A stretch of 37,234 nt of DNA from Nemertoderma westbladi (Eukaryota > Animalia > Xenacoelomorpha). The DNA is taken from positions 1 through 37,234 of the forward strand of contig JAUCBJ010000669.1 of assembly GCA_032718475.1 (NCBI GenBank). The letters run 5' to 3'. Numbering within the stretch: the first letter of the stretch is position 1; every line of letters starts with the position of its first letter. Both the position numbers and the translations under genes were made by a program. The notes below the pieces were generated by a model that ran no database searches, was not told the origin of the DNA, and saw only the letters and a program-made list of their open reading frames with translations. Of the stretch, positions 9,658-21,456 are shown in pieces.

Positions 9658-11736
9658 TGTTGGTGAAACTCGCCTATATTTAGTTTATCTGTTATAGGCC
9701 CTATTCAGTATCTTAAATATCTTTATAAGCTCTCATTAGTTTATATTACCTAGCCTGATTTCACCAAATGATTATGTTCCCCTATTACGGTGCAGTGAAT
9801 TCATTACTATTATTATTAATAACTTGATATATTCTGCCGTCCTAAGGCAAATCCATGAGGGCCATATTGGTGGTTGGTTAGGTTATTGAAACGTAATTTA
9901 TATTGTGCGCTTTCTTTCTTTCTCATATTCTGCTTATTGTAGAAGATTCAGCTGTAACAACCATATGGCAGTTAAGGGGGGGGTAGCGCATTTTCTGACC
10001 AAAAAGACGAATTTTTGAAACATATCCTATCTGATGCAGAATTTCTTGCTGAATCCAAATATGGAAACCGTTTTCCCATATCTTGCTTAGTTTTCGAGAT
10101 ATCATGGATAGAAGATACTGGCTCCGATATATCGCGATATCGGTAAAGGCGATGAAGTTTGGGTTTGCATTCAATTTCTGCAAATTTCTGTGCTCAGTGG
10201 TGCCAATTGGATGTCTCCACGAGAAAGAGCACAAAATTTTAGTTGAGAAGGTATTTTTTTATGATTATTGGACCTACTTGTCAGTTTATAAGACAACTTC
10301 AAGTCTCCGGAATGAAGACGGGACTCGAATAAGCGACTCGCGGTCTTTGCGGGATTACACGGAATAGACTTATCGGTCATCGGAGATCTTCAAAATGTAT
10401 AATCTCCAGTTCTAGTGGTCGTACGAAGTTCGTTTTAGGCTCATTCGAAAGCTCTTTTCTTAGAGAACAAAGTTACCATTTGATTTAAGATAAAATGGTT
10501 GTGAAGCAACATAACATGAATTTGGGTAAAATATGCCTTGCAAATTTTGTTCAAGTTATGATTGCTCAGGCAGCTTTCAAGAGTTCGCCAAACCAAATGG
10601 TAACTTTGGTCTCTGAGAAAAGAGCTTTCGAATGAGCCCAAAACGAACTCCGTACGACCACTAGAACTGGAGATTATACATTTTGAAGATCTCCGATGAC
10701 CGATAAGTCTATTCCGTGTAATCCCGCAAAGACCGCAGAGTCGCTTATTCGAGTCCCGTCTTCATTCCGGAGACTTGAAGTTGTCTTATAAACTGATCAG
10801 TAGGTCCAATAATCATAAAAAAATACCTTCTCAATTAAAATTTTGTGCTCTTTCTCGTGGAGACATCCAATTGGCACCACTGAGCACAGAAATTTGCAGA
10901 AATTGAATGCAAACCCCAAACTTCATCGCCTTTACCGATATCGCGATATATCGGAGCCAGTATCTTCTATCCCAGATATCTCGAAAACTAAGCAAGATAT
11001 GGGAAAACGGTTTCCATATTTGGATTCAGCATGAAATTCTGCATCAGATAGGATATGTTTCAAAAATTCGACTTTTTGGTCAGAAAATGCGCTACCCCCC
11101 CCCCCCTTAATGAGATTTACAGCTTTCTGACGCTGTGATTGGTTGAATTTCTAGGGCAATCGCAGCTGCTGTACTTGTGTATAGGACATACCTATTTGTT
11201 ATGTGGTATATAAGGCCTTGGTTTAATATTGAGCGGTGATTATTAATTTATCCCTCACCGTAACGCGATAGAGTTGCTATAGGAAAGCAATAAAATTAAG
11301 TTCAAATAGTACTAAATTTAATAGTTATGTATGCAGTATTTATAAATCATTAATTATTAACTATATAATAAGTTTGATATATACGGTATATACTGTAATC
11401 TGCATTGAAAGTAATATATGAAGAAAGATATAACACAAGACGTTGTTCAACGATTAAAGGGAAACAAGGGGAGCTATTTGCCGCACATGGTGAGTGTCAA
11501 GCCATTTGTTCTCTGCCCTTTATTGCCAGTGCACTGTGTGTGATTGACAGCCCTTTGTGTCCGATAGTTGTCCGGTTCAATTATATTCCGGGCACCATAA
11601 TCTATACATACACTTCATATATTCATTAAGCCTATTAAAGTACTAATTAATTAGCGTATTGCAACTCAACGTAAAAATACCATCGCTCCGTGACAAATAT
11701 CGCGTTGTGAGTTAGAAAAAGTCAGCGGCGCGAACA
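9658..11736 (+). repeat. 5' LTR (interrupted by a 1131-bp MITE)
   Basis: Equals the 944-bp 3' LTR once 9976-11110 (MITE plus one TTAA) is removed. Confidence 0.96.
9976..11106. mobile_element. Fold-back MITE with TTAA TSD and GG termini (Kolobok-like)
   Basis: About 510-bp inverted arms (GGGGGGGGTAGCGCATTTTCTGACC...GGTCAGAAAATGCGCTACCCCCC) with a ~100-bp spacer. TTAA at 9972-9975 and 11107-11110; a single TTAA at the homologous site of the 3' LTR. Confidence 0.92.
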
Positions 11737-13924
11737 TTAATTTTATTGCTTCCAACAGTATTTATTTACTTGTTGTTTTCATATCGGAAGCAAATTACAA
11801 GATTAAATTTCCAAACTATTTGGAATAAACATACAGTATTATTTCTGATGTGATTATAACGTACAGTATTTCTAGAGTTTCATTTGTTTGTGAGCCTCTA
11901 TAATACCTTAAAATAATTTACTGTATGTGTCCGTAGGCTTGACTACTCTTATTCCTGGGTGTAAAATATACAGTATTTTACACATTTCCTGCGCACTGTA
12001 GAATTATAAATCGTGATAGGCATCAGATAAGTCCTAGCGTATCTCTATAGTGTATTGAGATAAACTGTTGAGAGGTTGGCGACAGTTTGTCTTGTCCATT
12101 CCTGTCGGCTGTGATATGAATGTCAGTAATAAGCTTCGTGACAGTGCATGGTTTGATGTTGTAATTCGGTGCATGTGATCTGTATCCGTATAGTCTGCTG
12201 CGCCCTGGTCAAGGAGTTCTCGATAATTATCTAAGTTGTCCGATTAAATCGTTTGGGTATAGGATAAATCCCACTTCGTACTCCGGAGGCTTAGTTTTTA
12301 TCTAGAAGTTATTGAGTTTTCATATTTTAAAGGCTTGACTCTCCGCGAGCAAAACTTCTTTGTTTCAAGATCTGATCAATCGGGGATCTGGGTTGTATTG
12401 TTCGCAAATAACGGTGAGATTTCGAAACACATTAATTCACTGCGCATTAATATGGCCGTCCTACATAATAAATCTTCTGACGGTCTCAGATAATTCCGTG
12501 GAGTATATTGGTGGCATATTATTTGTGTGGACTGACCTAATACTGAGACATAATACTGTAGTTAACACTGCGGTGTAGTAAAACAGTTCGATTGAGGTCG
12601 TGTGTCTCAGCCTTCAGAAGTGTAGGTACTGTACGTACTGCATGTACTTGTAGGAAGTGGAATCACACTTCGGTTTCCAAAAGGGTTTTGATAATTGTCT
12701 TTCTTTCATATATACTGTACTACGCTGTCAATATTGATTATTATGATTATATTAAACGTAATAACAGAATAATACATACTGTACAGTACAACTCTACTGT
12801 ATAAAATAATTTCAGATACTCTCTTGTCAACTTATTATATTAAACTTTACTGCACTTGTTTAAACTAAACTATTATTTCAATTTATACTGCTTTCTGTAC
12901 TGCATGCCGAGTTGCAGTGGCCCGATTAAATACGATACTATAAATAGGCTTCTAAGAAATTGCAGTAACCAGACTAACAATTAATTTAGGCTGTACGGCA
13001 AGGCCTGAAATTGTAGAACGGAAGTAACGGAACTGACAATCAGAGAGGCACAACACTGCTGCACTGTACAGCAGTGTATCTCATCTGTATACAGCCCAGT
13101 CAACCAGTCTGCCATTGCTGTCTGCCAGACTGAAGACTACAGCCATCCGTGATGCCGACTGCTGGTGTTGAACTACTGCAGTACTGAGATACCTGTCACC
13201 TAAACAATAGGCTGATAGGGTAAAACATTTTCTAGACATTAAGCATAGCACCATAGGCTTACCTACTACAGTACTACACCCTACTGCTGTACTGCCTAGA
13301 CTAGACATACCGGTACCACCTACAGACCTGCATAGGCCTACTGCAGTTGCAGTACCTACAGTAGTAGGTCAGCAAGTCTACCTGTCTACTGTCAGACTGT
13401 CACATCCACTGATCCAGATATCCTACCGGGTACTTCTGTTTCTGTACATCCAACAGTCAAGCTTAGTACATCAATACAGTCAGACAGTAGCCTGGTAGCA
13501 GCAGAGCAGAGTAGGACTAGTACTTTATCTGACAGTAGTAGTAGTACCCATACTTCAGTACCGGTACTTCAATATTTACAGTCCTATTTATACTGTATTA
13601 CGCCATTACAGCATTAGGTCTAGGCCTAGCCTAGATACCGGTACTATCTATACTGACTATCTGCAGATCTGTACTGACTATTCAGCTATCAGGCTATAGC
13701 CTGACCTGTCACCTGTCTGCGTTAATCTGCTAATACCAGTCAGCCAGTACGTCAGCACGGGTAGGTCTGTAGATGCTGTTACATATCTAGGCTTAATTTT
13801 TAATTTAGCCTTCTATACTATTTCACTAATTGCATATCCCAATCCCATACTGCCATATCATCAGGCTGTCAGGTAAGTCGGTCTAAATTATTGCAGTATT
13901 AGAGTATTACTATATTAATGTATT

Positions 13925-15178
13925 ATGGACCCTAATTTAACTATACTTAGTGACAACGATTTGGACCAGACAAAAATACCTACTACCGGTAGTGGCATTG
14001 ATAGTGGCCCTGATGAAACTTATATTACAGGACCTGACTCTCCAACCACTAGTACTATCACTGGGGTACCGGTACCAGTAACAGTATCGGTAGGCTTAAC
14101 AGTACCAATAACTGATCCCGTGATTATTACCTCATTGCCCACTGTAGTTAGATCTAAGACTTACACTACCGGTAATACAGTTCTGACAAATAGGCCTATT
14201 CCAGTGACAGCTTCAGCAGTACCTATTCCAAACACTGTTGCTGCAACCACCCCTAGTGCCACCGCTGCAGGGCCAAGTAATTATATTCCAGTTTATAACC
14301 CACATAATTTAACCCAATTTCAACGCCCAGCACTTACCCAGTACTTCGATTTTAGAAGTTTAACCTGGGAGCATTTGTATGAACAAAATGTACCTAAGGA
14401 TTACTCAAATTGGGTTAAGTTTGGAAGAACTATTCGTGGTTATGTGCAAGGGTTTGTCAACCATTGTACTAAGTTGAAGAGTAAGTGTAAACGTGAAGTA
14501 CCGGTATTATCTTTAATAGAGTATAAAAAATTAGATTTGGAACTGAAGGAGAAACTATATAGAATTAAAGTAATATTGTCTGCCTTTCATGAAGCAGCCA
14601 TACGTGGTGAATCACAATCAGCTCTGGACTCAATAGATAGCTTAATGTCCAAGACAGTGGATATTGCAGAGACAGCAATACTATTAACAGAGGGATTGGT
14701 TAGAGAAGCCGTAAAAGGTGATCTTCGTGCACAAGGAATTCTTCCTGAAGAGACGGAGTGTGAAACTGATATTGAAATAGTAGGTGATGAAGGTGAAGAA
14801 GGTGATGATACAATTAATAAGTTCTTGTCTCCCCTCTTTGATTTTCATGGTGAAGCTTATGTGAGAGACAGGTTAAAGGGATTGAATGCACGCAGTAAGG
14901 AATCAGACAATATTGTGCAAGAATTATTTAAGCAGATGGAAGAAGGTGACAGGCAATGTGAACAAGAAGCATTAGATGCACTAAATAAAACATTAGAGAT
15001 AGAGTTAGCCATTTCTGATCTGGATGCTAAGCATGAAGCAGATCGTGTTCATCGGGAAGCAGAACGAGCTAAGCAAGAAGTAGAATGTGAAATAGATAAA
15101 GCCAAGAAGTTGAATTTGTGGCAGCTAAAAGTCGGCTTGAAATTCGTCAACAGCAGGAAAAAACAAGACAAAAATTGA
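13925..15178 (+). CDS. gag: BEL/Pao polyprotein N-terminal part (Thr/Pro-rich plus coiled coil), ends by frameshift
   Basis: 417-aa ORF. The coiled coil continues in the -1 frame near 15101-15112 (QEVEFVAAKSRLE). Confidence 0.8.
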   Translation: MDPNLTILSDNDLDQTKIPTTGSGIDSGPDETYITGPDSPTTSTITGVPVPVTVSVGLTVPITDPVIITSLPTVVRSKTYTTGNTVLTNRPIPVTASAVPIPNTVAATTPSATAAGPSNYIPVYNPHNLTQFQRPALTQYFDFRSLTWEHLYEQNVPKDYSNWVKFGRTIRGYVQGFVNHCTKLKSKCKREVPVLSLIEYKKLDLELKEKLYRIKVILSAFHEAAIRGESQSALDSIDSLMSKTVDIAETAILLTEGLVREAVKGDLRAQGILPEETECETDIEIVGDEGEEGDDTINKFLSPLFDFHGEAYVRDRLKGLNARSKESDNIVQELFKQMEEGDRQCEQEALDALNKTLEIELAISDLDAKHEADRVHREAERAKQEVECEIDKAKKLNLWQLKVGLKFVNSRKKQDKN

Positions 15179-18100
15179 TAGATGAAATGCGTTCTGCAAA
15201 TAAATATAAGTATACCTATAAGAGCAATACTCCAGAAGGTAGCAGAAGGTCTAGTTTTTATACCTCAGATGAGAGTAATTGTGAGGGCACCAATAGTGGT
15301 GGTAGTGCAAAGAGGCATCATCGTAAGGCTAAGGATTCACGCCATAGAGCACCATTAAAAATTCTCCCTGATTGTCCACTCCAAATGAATCCTCATATCA
15401 GCCGTGCTTCCAGTTTTATACATTCAGCCGAAAATATGGTTATCAGCTCTCCTGTTATACAGTCACCCACTGTTTCTACAACTTACTCCTTGGCTGCATG
15501 TCAGCCATCAAAGATTATTCCTAACCATCTTAGTCCTATTCCAACTACTAGTGCTTCTATTCAACAAAAAATAGTTGATCTACAACCTCCTAATGCACCA
15601 TTTGTTACAACAATGCAACAAGAGGAAACAATTCATCTTTCCAGCACCACAATGCCTTCTCGTATACCTCGGGTCTCCTTTGGAGGAGTATCTCCTGTGC
15701 CCCTCAACCCGGAGGTACCTCCATTTGCTCCAAGGAGTTTTCAAACACCAGTGACAGATAATGTTACATTGTCTGAGAATGATAAACTCTCTGTTGAAAA
15801 GGATAAAATCATATACATTCTGCAAGAATCTAACCGCGAAGCACAGAAACTGGATCGTCTACGGGAAGAAACCCTTTCACTAGCAGGTAAACATCGTTTA
15901 CAATTGGAGCAGTTAGAACAACACAGAGTCCAATTGGAGGAGTTGCAACAGGAAATGGTTATCCGCCAAGATTATTTAGCAACTACTCAGCCTCTTGTAT
16001 CTAGGTCACAAGCAGTACATGGTGCAGCAGCCATTCGTAATGCCTCAAAAATAAATAATATTTATCAAGAAGCAGAATGTTCTTCCTTACCAGATGTTAA
16101 TAGTAGTGGCGTGCATAATTACCCTTCCCAAATTTTACGACGTCCTCCATCGAATGATCCCATTAATGAGACTTCTGAGTTGAATTCTATGCTCGCTTCG
16201 CAGAGTTTTTCGAGACAACTTGCGAGGACAGATGCTAGACAAGCACTTATGATGGGAACTATTACCAAATTCAATGGCCAACTTTTAGAATGGATACCTT
16301 TTCTTGACCACTATGAAACTTCTATTAAGGACAGTCTTCTTCCAGCCAATGAAAGGTTGAAGCTTCTTATAGATAGCTTGGATGGTGAGCCAAAGAAATT
16401 AGCAGAAGGGTTTAGGGGTATGCCAAATGGTATAGATAATGCATGGGACATTCTAAAGAGAAGATATGGTAATGAAACAACTTTGGCATCGAGGATTTTT
16501 GATAAGTTGACAGTTCATCGTAAGGTTACAACAGATAATTTAATTGCATATGCTGATGAACTGAGAACCATATGTCGCCAGTTGGATTGGTTGAAGAAAT
16601 CTGATACCTATAATAATCCAATGGTTGTGAGAATGGTTTCAGCGGCACTGCCCACAGGAGGTATAGGTTATCGTTGGGACAAAATTGTACTTTATACACG
16701 TGATAAACATAGACGTGAACCAGTGATGGAGGAATTTCTCGAATTTCTTCAGAAGGAAACTGACTTAACCTTTATTAAGAGAGAGCGTGAACGGTCTTCA
16801 GACAAACATTCAATGGGAAAGGATAAGGTTGCTGACAGACATTCTGTTGGGAAGGATAGAGATAAGAGACAATCTCACAATATTATGCAATTAAATGATA
16901 TACATGAGGAAGGTGAAACAGAAGATGACACAGGTGGACGTGTACAAAATCTTTATAGCAAACCTTCAAAGGGTCAAGCAAAGTTTCCTTTTAAGAAACC
17001 TCAACGTGATTTATCTATAGAAAATAAATCAAAACCAATCAATAATGCAATTGCAAATTACTTGGCTGAAGCATATAGTGACCTTTTGACTGATGTCATA
17101 GATGGTGGAACTCTAGAAGGTTCTTGTTTTAATTCCATTGGTGATAACATAAAAATGAGCAAAGAACCTTGTATTAGATGCAAGAAAGGAGGGCATAGGA
17201 TAACCCTCTGTGATGTTTTCAAAAATGACTCTATTGCAACTAGGCGAGAATTCCTTCGTAAGAATAATTTATGTTTCATATGTTTGCGACCGGGACATTT
17301 TCGTTTAGACTGCAGATCTTCTTTACGATGTTTCAAATGTAAGGGTACTCATAATCTTTTGCTTCATGTCGACAAAACACCCCCAGCACTTGATAGGGTT
17401 CATAAAATATGCGAACTAGTAGAAGAAACAGTTAACAATAGTGATATTATAGATACTGATGAATTTGAGGAAAATGAATTTACTGATGAAGAAACTTGCG
17501 ATTCTCGATATGTATATAAAGCATTGACCTATGAGGAGGATACTAAGATTCATCCAGCAGGTTCAAAGAATCAAGATCGTATAAGAGAGTTTCCAATTCT
17601 GCAGGTTAGAATTAGGGGAACAAGAGGACTAGTGACTGTAAATGCTCTATTAGATAGTGGTAGCTCTCTTTCCTTTATTGACAAAGAGTTAGCTGAACTA
17701 ATTTTTCAAGGGCAAACTAGGAAACCTCTACGGTTAAATCTCTCTGGTGTTATGGATGTATGGAAAACTACAGTACAAACAGGTTATTATGAAGGAGATT
17801 TATTGCCTGCTGACAGGATGCTCAGTGGTATTGTTCCACATGCTAGGTTAGTAGTCATTCCTAACTTCCAAACTAGTCAATCTACACCTTATGATTGGGG
17901 GAATGACAAATTTACACTTCAACATAAGATTCCATATCATGCTGTAGACTATCCAGGTATTAATTTATTAATAGGACAAAACTTGCATGAAGTGTTTGAA
18001 CCCTTGAACAAAATTCCGAGTAATCCATTACCACTTCAAGATTATGCAGTCCTGACACGGTTGGGCTGGTATTGTACTGGGCCCTCAGAACGTACATTAT

Positions 18101-21100
18101 ATGAACGTGGTATCGCAAAGGATCACATAGTTGGTAATTCAGTAGACATTCCCTGTTCTTCCAAAGATGTCTCCGATAGTTCTGATTCGGAAGTTGAATG
18201 GTCCAGTGAGGCACTGCGCTGCACCAATACTGATCCAATTGGCCTGATGCCCGAGGAAGAGATACTTCAATGCCAAACTCATCTATGTAATCTGCTTCAT
18301 GATTCTACCACTCATTTAGATAATCCTTCTACCTGTGAATCTTTAGCACCAATTGAAGAAGCTATTAATAAACTTAGACTTACTGAGAAAGTTATTGCTT
18401 GGCTTGATCAAGACAAACTTGAACATAACGCTAATGCAAAAACCCTGTCTGTGGAAGATGAACGATCACTTCAAATTCAACAAACTACTCGACGATTTAT
18501 CCCTGAAGAAGGGAAATATGAAATTGGGCTCCTATGGCGAGCTCAAGAACCAAACTTAATTAATAACCTTCCCTTGGCTCTAACTCGTGCTCAACAATTA
18601 AAACGTCGATTATTAGCCAACAAAGAAATACACAAGATGTATTCCGATAAAATGAGCCATTATATTTCAAATGGATATATGGAGGAGATTCCTCCTCATA
18701 CTCAAGATACCAACAGAACATATTATTTACCACACCACTTTATTCAACGAGAAGATAAACCAGGATGCATACGAGTTGTTAAAGATGGCGCTGCAATGTA
18801 CAAAGGTCATTCATTAAATACAGAACTTATGTCTGGCCCTAATCTTCTCCGGTCTCTTACAGGAATTTTAATTCGCCTACGCCAATATAATATTGCATTT
18901 GCATCCGATATTAAGGAAATGTTCCTTCAGGTGAAGGCATGTGAAATTGATCGTGATAGTTTAAGGATTCTGTGGTGGCCTGAGGGTAAACTAACTTGCG
19001 AATTGCGCCAATATAGAATGACAATCCAGGCCTTTGGTCTAATATCAAGTCCTTCAAATGCCAGTTTCATACTGCAAAGTACAGCTGATGATAATAAATT
19101 GAAGTTTCCTCCAGGGGTCATTGACAATATAAAGGAAGATTTTTATATGGATGACAATTTGTGTTCTAAACCTACTGTGGAGGAAGCAATTGTTACAGCG
19201 AAAGGCACAATTGAATGTCTGAAATTAGGAGGTTTTAAGCTTACTAAATTTGTAAGTAATTCAAAGGAAATGCTATCCTCTATTCCGAAAGACGACAGGG
19301 CTGCCACTGATATAGATCTTTTTAAAGAGCCTCTGCCTGTTACCAAAACCCTAGGTTTACGATGGAATACTGAGGCAGATCAATTATACTTTCAAGTGAA
19401 GCCACGTGGTGGGGAAGTCAGAACGAAGCGCATTTGTTTAAGTATATTGTCTTCTAACTTTGACCCTCTGGGTTTTATTTGTCCTATTACTCTACGAGCT
19501 AGGCAGTTGGTTCAGAAAATGTGGAAGCTTGATACAAACTGGGACGACCATTTGGATGGGGTCATATTGAAAGAGTGGAAAGCTTGGGAATCGCAATTAC
19601 CAGCTATTGATCAGCTATTAATACCCAGAAAATATTTCTATAATGCTCAACCCCACCATCAATATGCATTACATATGTTTAGTGATGCTAGCACACAGGG
19701 CATGGGTGTTACTGCATACTTTCGCAAGGAGGATGATACTGGTGTCGAAGTATCCTTAGCCTTCGCCAAAGCGAAGCTTAAACATGAGTCATTAGACATT
19801 CCTAAGGCAGAGCTTCAAGCTGCCGTATATTCTGCCATTGTAGCAAATGATCTTATTGAACAAACCAAATATAAACTACATCAAATTGTCTATTGGACGG
19901 ATGCAGCACTGGTTCTGCAATATATAACTAATAGTAAATGTGAGTTTAGTGTCTTTGTCAGAAATCGAAGGCATGTAATTCTGAATACTTCAAAGCCGGA
20001 ACAGTGGCGTTATTGTCCAGGCCCACTGAATCCAGCAGACATTGCATCCCGAGGAGCTACTCCTTTGGAGCTGTTACACACTGAGTCTTGGATTCATGGT
20101 CCAGAATTTCTTCAACAACCTGAAATAAATTGGCCTAAACAACTCAGTCAACAACAAATAGAACAGGCCAAGGGAGCAGAAATAATCAGGCCAAAATCCA
20201 AACCCTCAAAGTCCAAACTTTTACGAAACTCACTTGGCTCCTCAAATAACTATATCATTATTCAGAATACCTTTACTGGTAGTAAACTAGATATTCTAGA
20301 TAAAACATTCTGGACAAATGCACCGGATCTACCTGACCTTTCTTTGGGTGTTTCTCAAAGATTAGAGAATTATTTCAACCATTACAGTTCATGGAACCGC
20401 TTATGTCGTGCAGTAACCTATCTTAGGTTACTCTTCCACTATTGGTACAATCAACGTCAGACACGAAAATTCATGTCTCTGCAAGAAGTAGACTGTACAA
20501 ACTTGAAACTTTTACGTATCACACAAAAACGAGATAACCTTAATGATTATGACAAGTTGCTTACTCATGCAAACCTTATACTTAGCAACCGATACAGTAG
20601 CATAATGAGAGATGGGCTTATTAGAGTCGGTGGGAGATTGACCAATGCTCCTCTTTCATTCGACACTAAATATCCAATTTTAGTGTATGATACAAGAGTG
20701 CAAACAAAAATCATTTCTGATGTTCATAAGTCATTATTGCATGCGGGTCGAGAATATATCCTCAATCAAATACGCACGCGTTATTATTTTGTACACCCTC
20801 GCAAGGCCTTGAATTTTGTACTTAATGAGTGTATTCCATGTAAGAAAATTAACTGTAGACCTATGACACAATTAGAGGCTGCTTTACCACTTGAAAGACT
20901 TGGTAGTTACTCACCCCCATTCACTTTCACAGGTGTCGAACTATTTGGGCCTATTGAAGTAAAAAGGGCTCGTACTTTGGTAAAGAGATGGGGTGTACTG
21001 TTCATTTGTCTGACTTGTCGAGCAGTGCATATTGACATGGTGAACGACCTTAGTATGAATAGTTTTTTATTATGCCTTAGACGGCAAATTGCAAGATATG

Positions 21101-21456
21101 GAACAAGCGAAGTGGTCCGATCAGATAGAGGCACAAACTTTATCGGTTCTTCGAATGAGATCACAAAACTTATAACAGACTGGAATCAACAACAACTTGA
21201 TGATTCTCTCAAAATCAAAGGTTCTGACTGGAAATTTATTCCTAGTCATGCTCCTTGGTATGGAGGAAGCTGGGAACGGCTTATTCGAAGTGTAAAAATC
21301 TCATTGAATCATATATTGCCGTGTAAAGCATACCTTAATGATGAATTACTGAGAACCCTTTTTGAGGAGATTGCATCATACATAAATGGCAGGCCTCTTA
21401 TGCCTGTATCATCCGACCCTCACGCTTTAGAGTCTCTCACACCGCTCACTTCATGA
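15118..21456 (+). CDS. pol: BEL/Pao Gag-Pol: capsid-like (DUF1759), 3 Zn knuckles, aspartic protease, RT, RNase H, integrase
   Basis: KFNGQLLEWIPF; CIRCKKGGHRITLC, CFICLRPGHFRLDC, CFKCKGTHNLLLH; LLDSGS; YMDD (19144-19155); LHMFSDAS; NPADIASRG; H..H..CIPC; SDRGTNF; GGSWERLIRSVK. Confidence 0.97.
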   Translation: MAAKSRLEIRQQQEKTRQKLIDEMRSANKYKYTYKSNTPEGSRRSSFYTSDESNCEGTNSGGSAKRHHRKAKDSRHRAPLKILPDCPLQMNPHISRASSFIHSAENMVISSPVIQSPTVSTTYSLAACQPSKIIPNHLSPIPTTSASIQQKIVDLQPPNAPFVTTMQQEETIHLSSTTMPSRIPRVSFGGVSPVPLNPEVPPFAPRSFQTPVTDNVTLSENDKLSVEKDKIIYILQESNREAQKLDRLREETLSLAGKHRLQLEQLEQHRVQLEELQQEMVIRQDYLATTQPLVSRSQAVHGAAAIRNASKINNIYQEAECSSLPDVNSSGVHNYPSQILRRPPSNDPINETSELNSMLASQSFSRQLARTDARQALMMGTITKFNGQLLEWIPFLDHYETSIKDSLLPANERLKLLIDSLDGEPKKLAEGFRGMPNGIDNAWDILKRRYGNETTLASRIFDKLTVHRKVTTDNLIAYADELRTICRQLDWLKKSDTYNNPMVVRMVSAALPTGGIGYRWDKIVLYTRDKHRREPVMEEFLEFLQKETDLTFIKRERERSSDKHSMGKDKVADRHSVGKDRDKRQSHNIMQLNDIHEEGETEDDTGGRVQNLYSKPSKGQAKFPFKKPQRDLSIENKSKPINNAIANYLAEAYSDLLTDVIDGGTLEGSCFNSIGDNIKMSKEPCIRCKKGGHRITLCDVFKNDSIATRREFLRKNNLCFICLRPGHFRLDCRSSLRCFKCKGTHNLLLHVDKTPPALDRVHKICELVEETVNNSDIIDTDEFEENEFTDEETCDSRYVYKALTYEEDTKIHPAGSKNQDRIREFPILQVRIRGTRGLVTVNALLDSGSSLSFIDKELAELIFQGQTRKPLRLNLSGVMDVWKTTVQTGYYEGDLLPADRMLSGIVPHARLVVIPNFQTSQSTPYDWGNDKFTLQHKIPYHAVDYPGINLLIGQNLHEVFEPLNKIPSNPLPLQDYAVLTRLGWYCTGPSERTLYERGIAKDHIVGNSVDIPCSSKDVSDSSDSEVEWSSEALRCTNTDPIGLMPEEEILQCQTHLCNLLHDSTTHLDNPSTCESLAPIEEAINKLRLTEKVIAWLDQDKLEHNANAKTLSVEDERSLQIQQTTRRFIPEEGKYEIGLLWRAQEPNLINNLPLALTRAQQLKRRLLANKEIHKMYSDKMSHYISNGYMEEIPPHTQDTNRTYYLPHHFIQREDKPGCIRVVKDGAAMYKGHSLNTELMSGPNLLRSLTGILIRLRQYNIAFASDIKEMFLQVKACEIDRDSLRILWWPEGKLTCELRQYRMTIQAFGLISSPSNASFILQSTADDNKLKFPPGVIDNIKEDFYMDDNLCSKPTVEEAIVTAKGTIECLKLGGFKLTKFVSNSKEMLSSIPKDDRAATDIDLFKEPLPVTKTLGLRWNTEADQLYFQVKPRGGEVRTKRICLSILSSNFDPLGFICPITLRARQLVQKMWKLDTNWDDHLDGVILKEWKAWESQLPAIDQLLIPRKYFYNAQPHHQYALHMFSDASTQGMGVTAYFRKEDDTGVEVSLAFAKAKLKHESLDIPKAELQAAVYSAIVANDLIEQTKYKLHQIVYWTDAALVLQYITNSKCEFSVFVRNRRHVILNTSKPEQWRYCPGPLNPADIASRGATPLELLHTESWIHGPEFLQQPEINWPKQLSQQQIEQAKGAEIIRPKSKPSKSKLLRNSLGSSNNYIIIQNTFTGSKLDILDKTFWTNAPDLPDLSLGVSQRLENYFNHYSSWNRLCRAVTYLRLLFHYWYNQRQTRKFMSLQEVDCTNLKLLRITQKRDNLNDYDKLLTHANLILSNRYSSIMRDGLIRVGGRLTNAPLSFDTKYPILVYDTRVQTKIISDVHKSLLHAGREYILNQIRTRYYFVHPRKALNFVLNECIPCKKINCRPMTQLEAALPLERLGSYSPPFTFTGVELFGPIEVKRARTLVKRWGVLFICLTCRAVHIDMVNDLSMNSFLLCLRRQIARYGTSEVVRSDRGTNFIGSSNEITKLITDWNQQQLDDSLKIKGSDWKFIPSHAPWYGGSWERLIRSVKISLNHILPCKAYLNDELLRTLFEEIASYINGRPLMPVSSDPHALESLTPLTS

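Noticed and set aside
9923-11110. Short ORFs (65-103 aa) on both strands
   Set aside because: They mirror each other because of the MITE inverted arms; no transposase motifs.
11405-11629. 74-aa ORF repeated at 24410-24634
   Set aside because: Identity simply reflects the LTR duplication; non-ATG start and no motif.
12020-12510. Minus-strand frame whose stops might all be edited Trp codons
   Set aside because: About seven stops in ~160 codons is what random AT-rich sequence gives.
15095-15178. Programmed -1 gag/pol frameshift
   Set aside because: The shift falls within the Gag coiled coil, upstream of capsid. BEL elements normally have one ORF, and the AKQEVE repeat pattern suggests a small deletion.
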